This document shows, piece by piece, positions 52,779-64,000 of a stretch of DNA of 64,000 nucleotides (positions are counted from its first letter, which is position 1; each line of letters starts with the position of its first letter). Position numbers and translations under genes: made by a program. Origin of the DNA: Callorhinchus milii (lineage: Eukaryota); NCBI RefSeq assembly GCF_018977255.1, contig NW_024704743.1, positions 92,506,001 to 92,570,000 of the forward strand. Reading direction: 5' to 3'. The notes below the pieces were generated by a model, which did not search any database, had not been told where the DNA came from, and saw only the letters and a list, made by a program, of their open reading frames with translations.

Positions 52779-55700
52779 TAGATTTTTTTTCTTTTAAAAA
52801 TAGTTGGGACATCTATAGAATAACAGCCTAGAGGGAACAACAGGGGATGTAACCCAATCTCATGGTGCATGCTATGTCATAAATCATGAGAGCAATTTGC
52901 CAACCCTTAGCCATTTATTCAAGTCATCTCGATTGTGTTGCAGCTTTTTGCTACCTCCTGGCAACGATTTATTTTCTTGCGTTACCGCAAGTAGTCAAAT
53001 GTGGATGGTAATTTTTTTAAGTTGTATACCCACACTGAATCTAAAACCACTGGGGGGGAAATAGGATGAGGGCTGTTCTGGAAATTTGGTCAATTGCCTA
53101 AACAAAGTCCAGTCTTCAGAAATATTAACAAGACCACATTTTCCTTGTATTTGTAAATATAAAATGTAAATGTTTATCTTAGAGCACTTATCCTTTAAGT
53201 GCTCAGAGATGCTACCCTGAATGAGGGTTGCTATATTAAAGCAAACTGTTGTTATTATCCGACCAGGGAGTGTGAAGAAAGAAATTCAGAATATAGCAGC
53301 AGGTGAGGGGTTGTGGAGTTTTACCTGTGTTTGTTGGTATTTTACATTGATATAATAAACACATCTATTCCGCTTGACTTGTTTCTATATTTTAGACATG
53401 TTTCTATGGGAAAAAATCCTGCAATATTACTTCTAGCATCTTCAGAGATGCACGATTATAATGGTAAAACCCATTATTAGGCGATATCACCAAAAATGCT
53501 TCATATAATTCTCACAGGAATTTTTCCCATAAGTCAGGACATGATGACATTTTCAGTTATACTGTATTGTGGCTCATATCTGAAGCCTCATGTTTAGTAA
53601 CCTTTTAATCATTGACCATCAAATTCAACTCCGATATTAACATACCCTGAAATAGACTTATCGGCTGATATTCCAATTTTCTACAAAAAAAACGACTTGC
53701 ACCTTTATAACCTCTTGCAACATCAAAGTCATCTCAAGTGTTTCACAAATCATTTTATACGCTGAGTATTTGAAGGCCAACAGAGCGGCCGTATAGCACC
53801 AGCAACATCCCACAAGCAGCCATGAAGTGCAAAATGAATAGTCAAATTATTTGAAGGATTGTTGGCTGGGGAGCGGGAGAAACTCACTTCTCTTCAAATT
53901 ATTAGCTCCAATTAACGTATTGAACATTATCAATGTAATTTAAGTTGATTGGTATCATTTCTGGAGTGAATTGGAAAACAGACATTAATTGTACACCCTA
54001 AAGTTTCTGCACGTTCTTTACACCTGTTTATTGGAGCCACAGTGGTCTTGTGAAAACTATTGTAAGGTTTTAGTTATGCATGAGTTTGGAGATGGGTTCT
54101 CTGGACCTTGAAAATTGTGTTTCAAACAAAAGCAAAAATGTATATACCAACCTCTTTGCAACACTATATGTGGTACTGCTGGGAGCTCAGATTAACTTAG
54201 GAATTTAGGGAAATGTATTTGTTCCAGAAACACTATCATGCAAAATAAAACAAAGGACTAAGGTCAACTATTGTGTTAAACACTAAAAAAATAGAAAATA
54301 TACAGTAGTTATATTCCTAACAATGAGCCTGCAATCAAAATCTAATATTTTTTCACTTCCTACTTCTCCGCATAAACTCACTAGTCTGACTCACAATGCA
54401 TCCTTCAGCACCTTGGGACGCCCGCCTGATGTGAAAGGTACTTTACAAATGTAATTGTATTGTACAGGTGCGAGAGGAAAAGAGAGATGCAAGGGGGGAA
54501 GCAGAGATCAACATCTTATCCCCTCACATCTCCATTTACCTAGGAACAGGAGCAGCTACACTTTGAGACACCCCTTGTGAAAGTGCCTCACAATATTGTC
54601 ACACCGTTTTTCCTCCTCAGCGTTCCAGTCCTAATTCACAAGATCACAAGATTACTGTGGATGAATAAGGCTCTTCAGTCCATCTGATCTCATCCCTCCA
54701 GAACAACACCCTACAGTCCCTGCATCACTGCATCAATGCTCCAGCATGTGGTTCTCCATCATTTACGTCGCCCTCTGGGGTGCTGTGGTATTGTTAATTT
54801 AGAAAAGCATATTTAAGCTTTTTTTAATGTTTCACAGACAGCAGTCAGTGACAGGAATTTGATGAAAAATCTATGAACAATGCTGCATAGATATAACCAA
54901 ACATTTCACCGGTGACAAACATCTTTAAAGAACCTGTAATTCCTTTGCTCACAAACTTCATTCTAACATGGATCTAATTTACAATATCTGCAAAAGGATT
55001 TCTGAATAGTGATTTTTGCGCTTACCTTGATTCTTTCTGGTTAATCCTCTGAACTCTTTTTGGAAACTTTCAGTCTTATAGCCTTATAAGTCTGCAATTG
55101 TGCATTTCAAACAGTAGGAAGATCTCCCCCCAGCCTCCCTCTCCTCCCCACCCCACCACCACCATTGTGTGCATTACCAGCAACAGGAGTTGTTGAGAGA
55201 TATAACACTGAAACAACACTTGATCAGAGATAAGAGAAAGGAAAGAGAGCGACAGGCAGGCAGAGGCTGAGAGGTTCAGGTGAAGAGAGATAGACAGGCA
55301 AAGAGATTATCGATAGAGAAAGAAACAGACAAACTGAAGGGATATGATGTGATATCTGCACCGTTTATCAGCCAGGTGTCTTGACACATGCTGAAGCCCA
55401 TCACTATGCTTAAGGATATCGAAACCAAAATGAAAATCCCTTCCATCCCACCTACACATAGAAATTCGAGAGATAGATTTTTGGAAATGAGAAGGGATTT
55501 TCTAGTGTCCTGGCCAAACATCCTCCAGATAAACAAAATTGGTCATTCACTTTGTGGCTCTTATGGGATATTGCTGTTGCGTCTTGGCTGCTGCATTGGG
55601 CAACAATGCAAGGTCACTGCATTTCACAGGAACTCCCTGTGAGGCTCATTGAGATGTAATGATGGCCTAGGCACTATATTATATGTAAGTACATTGAAGG

Positions 55701-56039
55701 ATATCGGGCTCTCTACTGTAATAGAATCTCCAGTGACCATGGATCAATAACAAACAATCTGCAAGCATGCAATCAAATCCCAGTGTACAGTATTAGGAAT
55801 ATTAGGGCTGAGCTTCAGTGAAACATTATTCAAGGATAAAACATTTCAGGAAAAATTTAACTATTTTCAAGGCATACTGTATGCACTGCATGCAAGAGAA
55901 AGTGCATAATTGAGTGTAAAAGAGGAAAATTAAACAAAAAGTGCTCCAAGATAGATCAAGAGAAAAATTATGGAAAACAAATGAAGATTTACAAAGGCCA
56001 AGGGTGATCATTGGGTTGATTCCACAATAGTGTTTACAG

Positions 56040-56195
56040 AAGTTGGATAAATATTTGAAGAAAAATAATATTAAAAGGTAACGTAAAAGAGCCGGGGAAT
56101 GGGATTAGAAAAATGGCTCCAGTGGAAGAGCCAGCACCAGCAAAGACAAGATGGGTTGAGTGGCCTCCTTTGCTGTAAACTTTCTATCATTCTGT
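56040..56195 (+). mobile_element. CR1 3' remnant
   Basis: GATGGGTTGAGTGGCCTCCTTTGCTGTAAACTTTCTATCATTCTG resembles the CR1 3' end seen elsewhere in the window. Confidence 0.65.
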
Positions 56196-59100
56196 GAGAG
56201 CCAATTTTGAACAGTAGCAGGTCTAGTCAATACACTAAGATTGATTTATTTTATTTGTTTATTGATTGATTTATTTAGTTAATGTCTGTCTGTTTGTCTG
56301 TATGCCTGAATGTATGTATGCATGTATGTGTGTTGTCTGCTTGTGTTTTCTGTATTTATTTTGTCAGTTGGGTGTTTAACACATGCTACACTTAAAACAC
56401 TTCAAACCAAAACATTTTACATTTCCACATATGCTTGCCAACTATGCATAGAAATTTCTACTTGCCTAGAATATATTGTGCACTGTCTTCCTGGGGCGAT
56501 ACATCCTGTTTAATTAAACCTGGATAGTACTAAGTGAAGATTTGCAAGAGCCAAGACTTGGGGACCCCAGAGTGTGTGTGCTGAACTGCTGGAGTTTACC
56601 CAGCTAAAACTCCATAGTTTGTTATTTCGAACACTGATTGGCAAGCTTCCCATTGCTTGCTCAGCTGGGGCCATCCTACCCATTTGGCTTGCAGGATTGA
56701 CAGCAGCTGAGTGGGAAGAATCCCTGCCCCGAATAACTGGTCTCCTCTTCCAAGTTTTGTGGATGACCTAAGAAGCAGTACCTTGAAGTACCAAAAAACT
56801 GCCTCTGGAACGGACTAGCGAGGCCGCCATAGAGGTTCTGATATTTTGATATTCTGTTGTCAGGCACAATACTTCAGTGTATACTTGCTTCCCCACTCCC
56901 AGTTGGTATTTGAGAAGCACAGATTTGGGCCCTCACTAGGGGGATAGCTGATACCAAGAAGTCTTCCGGAACTGCAGAGAGAGGAGCACAGTCCACATGA
57001 AGTGCATCCTCCTGACTACAGGCCTGAAATACACAAAGATTCATCATGAGCAAACATAGTCAACATCTTTGTATTACTGCTATGGTTTTGCAGGGCCATA
57101 TATTTATCTTAGTTACAATTCTGGAGGATGTAGTGTATATACATATACATATATAGACTATATATATATAAACAAGAATAGCTTTAATACTACACTATTG
57201 TTGTGCAGCTATGGTAAAGTTCAGCTACAGTAGAACATTATTTTGCTCCTTTCACTCAGGGCACAACTCTGTGGACTGAAGTGAATTACATTATAATTTA
57301 CAAAGTGAAACCTTTAAATCCTGCACTTCATAATCAATTCCCATTAACCAGCATGATCATAGCATTCTACTACAAGTCTTGTAGGTTTTATCACTTGAAT
57401 GCACATGTCTCTTATCCTGATGATTTGTACCACACAACTAAATCCATAACTGCTAGTGTTTGTAAATGTGAAAGAAAATGATAGTAGTATCAATGGTGTA
57501 CAATTGACAAATGGGATCTGATGTAGAATCACTGAGCTGTATTGTTAAATCAACTTCTGAGATTGTTTACTAATTAACTCAATATGACACAGTAACATAA
57601 CAATTCCTTATTTTATAGTTTTATTTGAGTGCATGATTCTCTCTCTTCTCCTAGCCTCTGGTTTCCCAGGTCACACAGCCGGATGGACAACAAACAAAGC
57701 TCTAACAGTTCCACTGTTATCTGACGCCCTTCAAAATGTCCACCCTTTCCCTGCAAATAACAAGGGATGTGAGAGGGTCCTGAGATGTGAAATTAATTTT
57801 TAAAAAAAGCAATTTAGAAAAACAGGTAACAATGGCACAAATATGATGGATGACTCCCTTCTATTCAGAAATATGTAAGAGTCACAATTTTAAGAAGTCT
57901 CAAAGTGCTTCACAGAATATACTGTAAATTGAATTAACTGTATATTTTGTGGGTGAAATATTGAGGAAGAGTCGTGTATGATTTTAAACAAGAAAAAGTT
58001 TCTTGAAGAGAAGAAATATTAAAACAGAGGATGGGATGAGATTAGTTCTTGTGGAGAAAAACACCAACACAGATGCAATGGACTGGAAGGCCTGTTTATG
58101 TGCTGAGGCAATTTATGCAGTGAAAAATACAGTATTTAATAGCACATCTTGAGACATTAAGCTATTCCAGTAGTAACTGCCATGGGGGAATCCCATTCTC
58201 CCCTCACTCCCTTTCCAATTTTAATTCAACGGTTTTACACTAAAGGTGCTTTTTAACATTTATTGAGCCAGCTGACAACGCTTTTGAATGTGATACTGTG
58301 AAGATCCCAGCATTTCATTTACTGTTCAGGGAATGCTTAACTCTACTGTAAAACACAATCGTTTTCCTGCTAGCAATAAATCATAATATGTGGAGGATTT
58401 GCTACACTGTCTTTCCATAACATCTTCCCTGATTTTTTATAGTCTGACCCTGTACTGGGCATTTTAGTCTGCAGCATGAATGTAGAACTCTTATATATTT
58501 TCCATCAGGAAAGCAGAATTGAGGTGTTAAAAGAGATGAATGGAGAATGCTGAATGGAACAGACCAGATAGGATGTCTGAGAGTTATACATGTTTTCGCT
58601 AGGAGATTGCTTTCAGTTCTTATCAGGTTGAACAGAACTGGATGTGATCTCTCAGCATTTACACTTTGCTCTGCCCCAGACCTTGTTCATACATCAAACG
58701 CCATCACAATACACTGCCGTGTTTTCTGTTGAGGCAAGAATTTACCAAGAATTTGTAAAAGGTTGTGCTGGTGTTGATTCATAGCCTGGCATTAAACAAA
58801 ATGTAGGAGATGAGATTTTTTAACCAAAGATTAGAATTAATTCAATTTCAATTTCTACATTTGGGCTTTTACTGCACATCAGCTTTAAGCTGCGATGTAA
58901 GTAGTTCAATTAACACCCTCTTCTATACTGATCTGGTACAGGGTAGACTACATTACAAGCTCTGCTTGATAAATGGATGGCGTTAGGAAAATCCACTTAT
59001 ACTAGCTGCTGCCTCCACTAACAGTTGGACCATTGCATCACATGTGGGTCTGAGCCTAAAACAAAATATGCTCTTGGGTAGATATGGTGATGGCCCAATT

Positions 59101-59924
59101 CCTAAAATCCTTACAGCTGGCAAAAGAGTTGGATCTGGATTCCTGCATTCATTGTCACTTTGCAGTATAATAATTCAAATCAATTGATATTCTCCAAAGC
59201 AGAAGTGCATTTTCCAAGTTCACAACAATGGCTTAGCCGAACAGGATTTCAAGATTCTGGTGGCTCCGAGCATTATCAGTTGGCTTTGAATGCTATCATT
59301 ATGGAGATAGCTTTCCCTGACGTTAATAAGAAATGCAGCAAAAGTTATTCTATTGTTTCCACAATTACCATTTGTCAAACTTTGTCAATTGGCAGCTCTA
59401 TTGCATTTGAGGCAGGTGGATATAGGTTCAAGGCCCAAGTTGGAACTTTGAACTCACAATCTAGGCTGGTCCTCCAATACAATACCAGAGGAGCACTGCA
59501 TTGTTAGAGATGGGTATATTCTCAGGTTCAGTGTGCAATGTAGGTCTCAAAGTCTGAGAGTCAGGAAGCTGAGTGGTTGGACTAGGCAGTCAACATTCCA
59601 TAATGACACTATAAGGGCACAGCATCTCAGTTGGAAAGTATATCTGCAAGCTCTGTGTTTATACTCTGTATATTAGACCATTCTCTTTTGGAAGGGAAAC
59701 ATGGGATCTCACTGCCATTATAGCTGGATTGTTTTGAGTGGATTTAATTGGCATGGTTTCTTTGTTTGCTCAATTTTCTGTGGTGAAGTCTGTCTATGCG
59801 TACCATATAAAGGTTTGATAGGTTCAGGAGGCATGCAAGGGGTTACAAAAGGGCTGGCATATGTTGAGGTGTCTTGTCACATCACAGACATGTCCGAGAG
59901 TGATCCCTTTAAGTGTTGACTTGT

Positions 59925-59975
59925 AAACCCACACAAATACACACACACACACTCACACAACACACAAACAAACAT
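59925..59975. repeat. Imperfect (CA)n microsatellite
   Basis: Read directly from the sequence. Confidence 0.8.
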
Positions 59976-60399
59976 ATCTGTTCCAAAGTCAATGTCCCCT
60001 CTCCCAATGGAATGTGTGCTATGTGGATAACTGTACCTTTATCTGTGCCAGTCTGTACTCCCTGCCCCAGAAACACAGAGAACAGTGCAAACCCCCAACA
60101 CATTTAGATAGATTTGGGGAAATTTCTCTACACTGCAATGATCTCTGACTTTATTTAGGTATTTTATTTTGACAATTTCTTGTTTGTTTCTTTCAGCTGA
60201 TGTTTAGACTTCTGGTCAAAAAGTCAATAAATTCCTTACTGCCTTCCACTTTTAGTTACTGAACTGCTAATTGTCTTCTGATAAGTCAAATTGCCCGCTC
60301 TATGGATAACCTCTGGATACATGTTCATATACTGTTTATGAAATTAGTTTTATTACTGGAGAACGTGTCACAAACAAAGCGCACAATAATAGCTGATGG

Positions 60400-60491
60400 C
60401 CTGCTCGGGTCATGACCCAACTGTGCAGCGCCTTGGGACGTCCTCCTGACGTGAAAGGCGCTTTATAAATGGAATCTTGTTGTTGTTGTTG
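60400..60491 (+). mobile_element. L2 3' terminal fragment
   Basis: GCGCCTTGGGACGTCCTCCTGACGTGAAAGGCGCTTTATAAATGGAATC(TTG)n. Confidence 0.9.
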
Positions 60492-60734
60492 TCATGACTT
60501 TATTGGCCTCCGTCCTTGTTATAATAAACGGTTGTTGCTCAGCACCAAGGTTTATCATCTTTTAAGATGAGTTGGGATTCCACACTAGCTGGCAGTATCA
60601 GTTCCAAAGCTACCAAGTAATTGCAGCTGGGTGTGTGACAGGCTGTACGAGCAACTGTCTGAGAAAGTAAAGTTGCCCCCCAACTCTGGATTCACATGAC
60701 ATCATAAAGTAGGCATTATATTGTTATATTACTA

Positions 60735-61100
60735 TAACAATCCTTACATTTGAGATAGTGCCTTATCACATTGACAAAATGTTTCAAAGTGTTTTACAGC
60801 ATTTACTGACTGTCTATTTTTACGAGAACATGACAGCCAATTTGCGCACAGTACAATCAGCCATGAAGTGAATGATCAATTTTATTTGGGGAATTGTTGG
60901 CCAGAACTATCTTCTCTTTTTGAACAGTGCCATGGATCATTAACATCCACCTGAACAGGCAGACAGGACCTTGGTTAAATATTTCATCTGAAAGATGGCA
61001 CCTCTAAGCACTGCACTGGACTGGCAATCTAGATAACAAGCTGAATCCCCCAATGTGGGACTAGAACCACAACCTTCTGACTCATAGGCAAGAGGGCTAC
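60735..61100 (-). mobile_element. Near full-length DeuSINE-like element
   Basis: On the plus strand: L2-type tail, CAGCCAATTTGCGCACAG block, AGTGCCATGGATCATTAACATCCACCTGAACAGGCAGAC core, CCACAACCTTCTGACTC head. Confidence 0.8.
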
Positions 61101-61619
61101 TACAACGACTTGCATTTATATAGTGCCCCTCATCCAGAGCAGCATCCCAGAGCATTTCCAAGTGAGCCACGCTTTATAAGAATACTTGAGGGACAAAGCA
61201 TTCACCAGATGGGTGGTAGAGGTAGAGAAATTTAGCTCCAGGAAAGATTTTACAAACATGTTTTTATTCAAACTTTTTGTCCTTGTGATAAATATTATTA
61301 GTAATAATTGATGTGTGGAGTGGTGAGCATGGCATGTTTTTTTCAATGTTCTCATATGGGAAGACATTGCATCTGAGTCTAAATGCCAAGGAAATAGAGA
61401 AATTCCACCTGGATCTAGATTTAATCTAATACTTTTCATTTTCTCTTTCAATGCTCCTGTCAAAAGCTTGACTTATCACCATAACCCCATTGCTTTAATA
61501 CAGCACTATTTTTCCCCTTTCTGCCTTTATTATTCAAATGATTTAGTTGTCTTTCCTAAGTGTTTCCATTTCAAACCAGTCATTTATCACTAGATGTGGA
61601 CTTAGTGTGACTTGTGTTT

Positions 61620-62760
61620 GAGTTTGTTCTTACAAGATTGTGGATTTAAGACCACATCAGGGCTTTGAACTCCAGGCTGACGTTTCAGTGCAGGGCTGAG
61701 TGTGTGCTGCACTGTGGGAGTTGGAGGTGCCTTCCTTCAGATGAGACATTAAATCAAGGTCCCATCAATGTCTTCTATCCTGACATTGGCTTCCATCAAC
61801 ATCTTCTACCCTGCGGCTCTGAGCTCCTCAATCTCCCCAGTTTATTCCTCAGACTTATCGAATCAGTGCGTAACCTAGGCATCAGATACGACCCACAGCT
61901 GTCCTTCCTTTCCCACATCCGGTCCTGGACTGTCTTCTTCCACCTCCACCACATTGGCCGCATCCGACTATTCCTTACCCCAGATGCAGCTGAAACACTC
62001 GTCCATGCGATTGTCATCTTCCAACTCTACTTCTCAAATGCCCTTTTTGACGGTCTCTCCAGAACACCGTGCACAGGTCCAGCTGATCCAAAATTCCGCC
62101 ACCTGCATACTCACCTGTACTAAACTCCATACCCCCATCACATCAGTTCTAGCCAGGCTCCACTGGTTTCCAATCACTGAACGGATCGATTCCAAGATCC
62201 TCACACTTGTTTTCAAATCCCTTCAAGCCCTGGCACCTCCCTACCTGTCCGACCTGCTTACCCTCCAACCCACAACCCCCTGGCTCCGGCCTTCTGTATA
62301 TCCACCGTGCCCTCTGTTCCATCATTGGTGTCCGTGCTTTCGACCACTATGGCTTGAAACTGGAACACTCTTCCTCTATCCCCTGCCTGGCCTCTTCCTT
62401 CCCCATTTTCAGGTTGCGTGCGAAGAACTTCCTAATCGACTGTGCTTATGGTTGCCTCCCCCTCCCCCCAGCTCAGAATCATGCTCCCCCACTGTCAAGC
62501 GCTCTGGGATGCTCCCCTGCGTGAGGGGCACTGTATAAATGCAAGTTGTTGTTGTTGTCCCATCTGCTTGTTCAGGTGGATGTTAAAGATCCTATTGCCC
62601 TATTCAAAAAGAGAAGGAAGTTTCTTCTGGTGTCCTGGGCAACAAATCCCTAAAATGAAATTGGTTTCTCATTTCACTTCAATGTTTATGGGACATTACT
62701 GTGCACAAACTGGCTGCTACAGTTACTTACAAATACACAATCACTACATCTCAAATGATT
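61620..62760 (+). mobile_element. DeuSINE-like element interrupted by an L2 insertion
   Basis: 5' half ends CCTTCAGATGAGACATTAAATCAAGGTCCCATC; 3' half resumes GTCCCATCTGCTTGTTCAGGTGGATGTTAAAGATCC. Confidence 0.8.
61767..62556 (+). mobile_element. L2-clade LINE 3' fragment with 8-bp target-site duplication
   Basis: VRNLGIRYD, AAETLVHAIV, LIQNSAT, LHWFP; (TTG)n tail; GTCCCATC at 61759-61766 and 62557-62564. Confidence 0.95.
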
Positions 62761-63920
62761 GCTGTTGTTGTTTGCAATAATACAGATCTGGAGTAAGCTA
62801 TAGAGCCAATGAATACAAATTATTAACATCTTATCCCGTATAGTACAATAATTATAGATTTTATATTTTCTACAATGTGGTTTGAACCATCGGGAGTCTT
62901 CAACCTAATTAATACAATTTACATAAACTAAACATATCACTAAAAGACTTAAGTATGTAATCTTTGCTAGGATAGTCATACCCTCCAAATTTCCTAAAGG
63001 CTGGTGTTAGCTTAGCTCTTAATGAGCACACTTATTACATCATCTCTTTGCTTCCAGACTTTGCTCTACTACAAAGGGAACTATACAGGCGACTCAAAGC
63101 TTCCCACTTGCATTTTGAATTATCTCAAAGCTGAACAGCCCTAAACAAATCCAATCAAATGAAAGACGCTTAATGCTATGTTTGATGCAACAATTATGTT
63201 GGAAGAATCAATTGCCAACTCAACATGTTAACGGCAAAACTGAGCTCCTCATTTTACATTTCATTTATAACAAATGCAGGTTGTACTTCAGTATTTTAGT
63301 ACTGAATGAAATGAAACAACAACTTGCGTTTATATAGTGTCCTTAATATGGGTAGCATCTCGGAATGCTTAACCGCAGCATGTTATATAGTGGGGTGCTT
63401 GAAATAGTTCCTCCTAATCATTGTTTGACAATGGGATCTGATAATGAGGTTTCATTTGTGTTTTGCCTTTAGGGGATTCCTTTGAAAGAAATTCAGTTGG
63501 TACAAAAAAGAATATCACACCAATGCACATGAATTCTGCTCTTCAATTTGAATGTGTTAGAGCAGAGATGCTTGGTTACTGGAAGGAGTTGCCACTTTGC
63601 TAAAAGTTTCCTAAAGAACTGGCTTCAAATTAAGGCAGAATTTTCTACAATTTGGTACAATCCTAAATTTTAAGCTCAAATGGCATTTACAAGTTAACAC
63701 CAAGTGAACTTCATAGCTTCAAATTTCAGTATAGTAACTCCTGTTGGAAAGAATGTATGTTTGGGGTCAAATGTGAAGAAAGACTTAGCTTTGCTGTAAT
63801 GTTTTCATTGAGACCTATGTACGAAAACAAGATCACTTAGGTAAAGCGTATGATACAGAACCATTCACATCAGGAGGATGTCTCAATGCATCTCACAGGG
63901 TTCACTGTAAATTGTAGTGA

Positions 63921-63956
63921 AAAGCGCTATATCAAATGCAAGGATTATTATTATTA
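63921..63956 (+). mobile_element. Ultra-short SINE tail insertion within an older opposite-strand SINE remnant
   Basis: AAAGCGCTATATCAAATGCAAGG(ATT)n flanked by TAGTGA at 63915-63920 and 63957-63962. Confidence 0.85.
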
Positions 63957-64000
63957 TAGTGACTGTATTTGTAAATGAATGTAACAACAATTTCCACAAA

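Noticed and set aside
56540..57022. Higher-GC unique segment after a minus-strand acceptor
   Set aside because: All frames close within about 50 codons; no recognisable product.
1..64000. CRISPR-like array, rRNA or prokaryotic operon
   Set aside because: Recurring short motifs are dispersed retroposon ends, not regularly spaced repeats with unique spacers; the DNA is eukaryotic and gene-poor.

Overview
A repeat-dense, apparently gene-poor stretch of vertebrate genomic DNA, either intergenic or inside a very long intron. The mix of C-rich L2-clade LINEs with (TTG)n tails, CR1 LINEs, tRNA-headed SINEs with L2-type tails, DeuSINE-like relics and palindromic Penelope-type relics suggests a cartilaginous fish such as a chimaera or shark (inference only). 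I recognise no host protein-coding gene, true tRNA, rRNA or CRISPR array. The longest ORFs in the track are broken LINE ORF2 fragments or their antisense shadows. Most notable: (1) an exact 321-bp direct duplication bracketing a chimeric SINE, consistent with homology-guided 5' joining during retrotransposition; (2) a minimal hammerhead-ribozyme core in a palindromic Penelope-like relic; (3) a perfect 30-bp-arm hairpin in a DeuSINE head; (4) a young SINE subfamily whose 3' stem-loop matches local L2 ends; (5) an unexplained diverged two-block repeat pair at 34.8 and 41.7 kb; (6) a minus-strand AG|GTAAG recursive-splice-like site plus phase-compatible candidate exons. Repeat boundaries were read by eye and are approximate.
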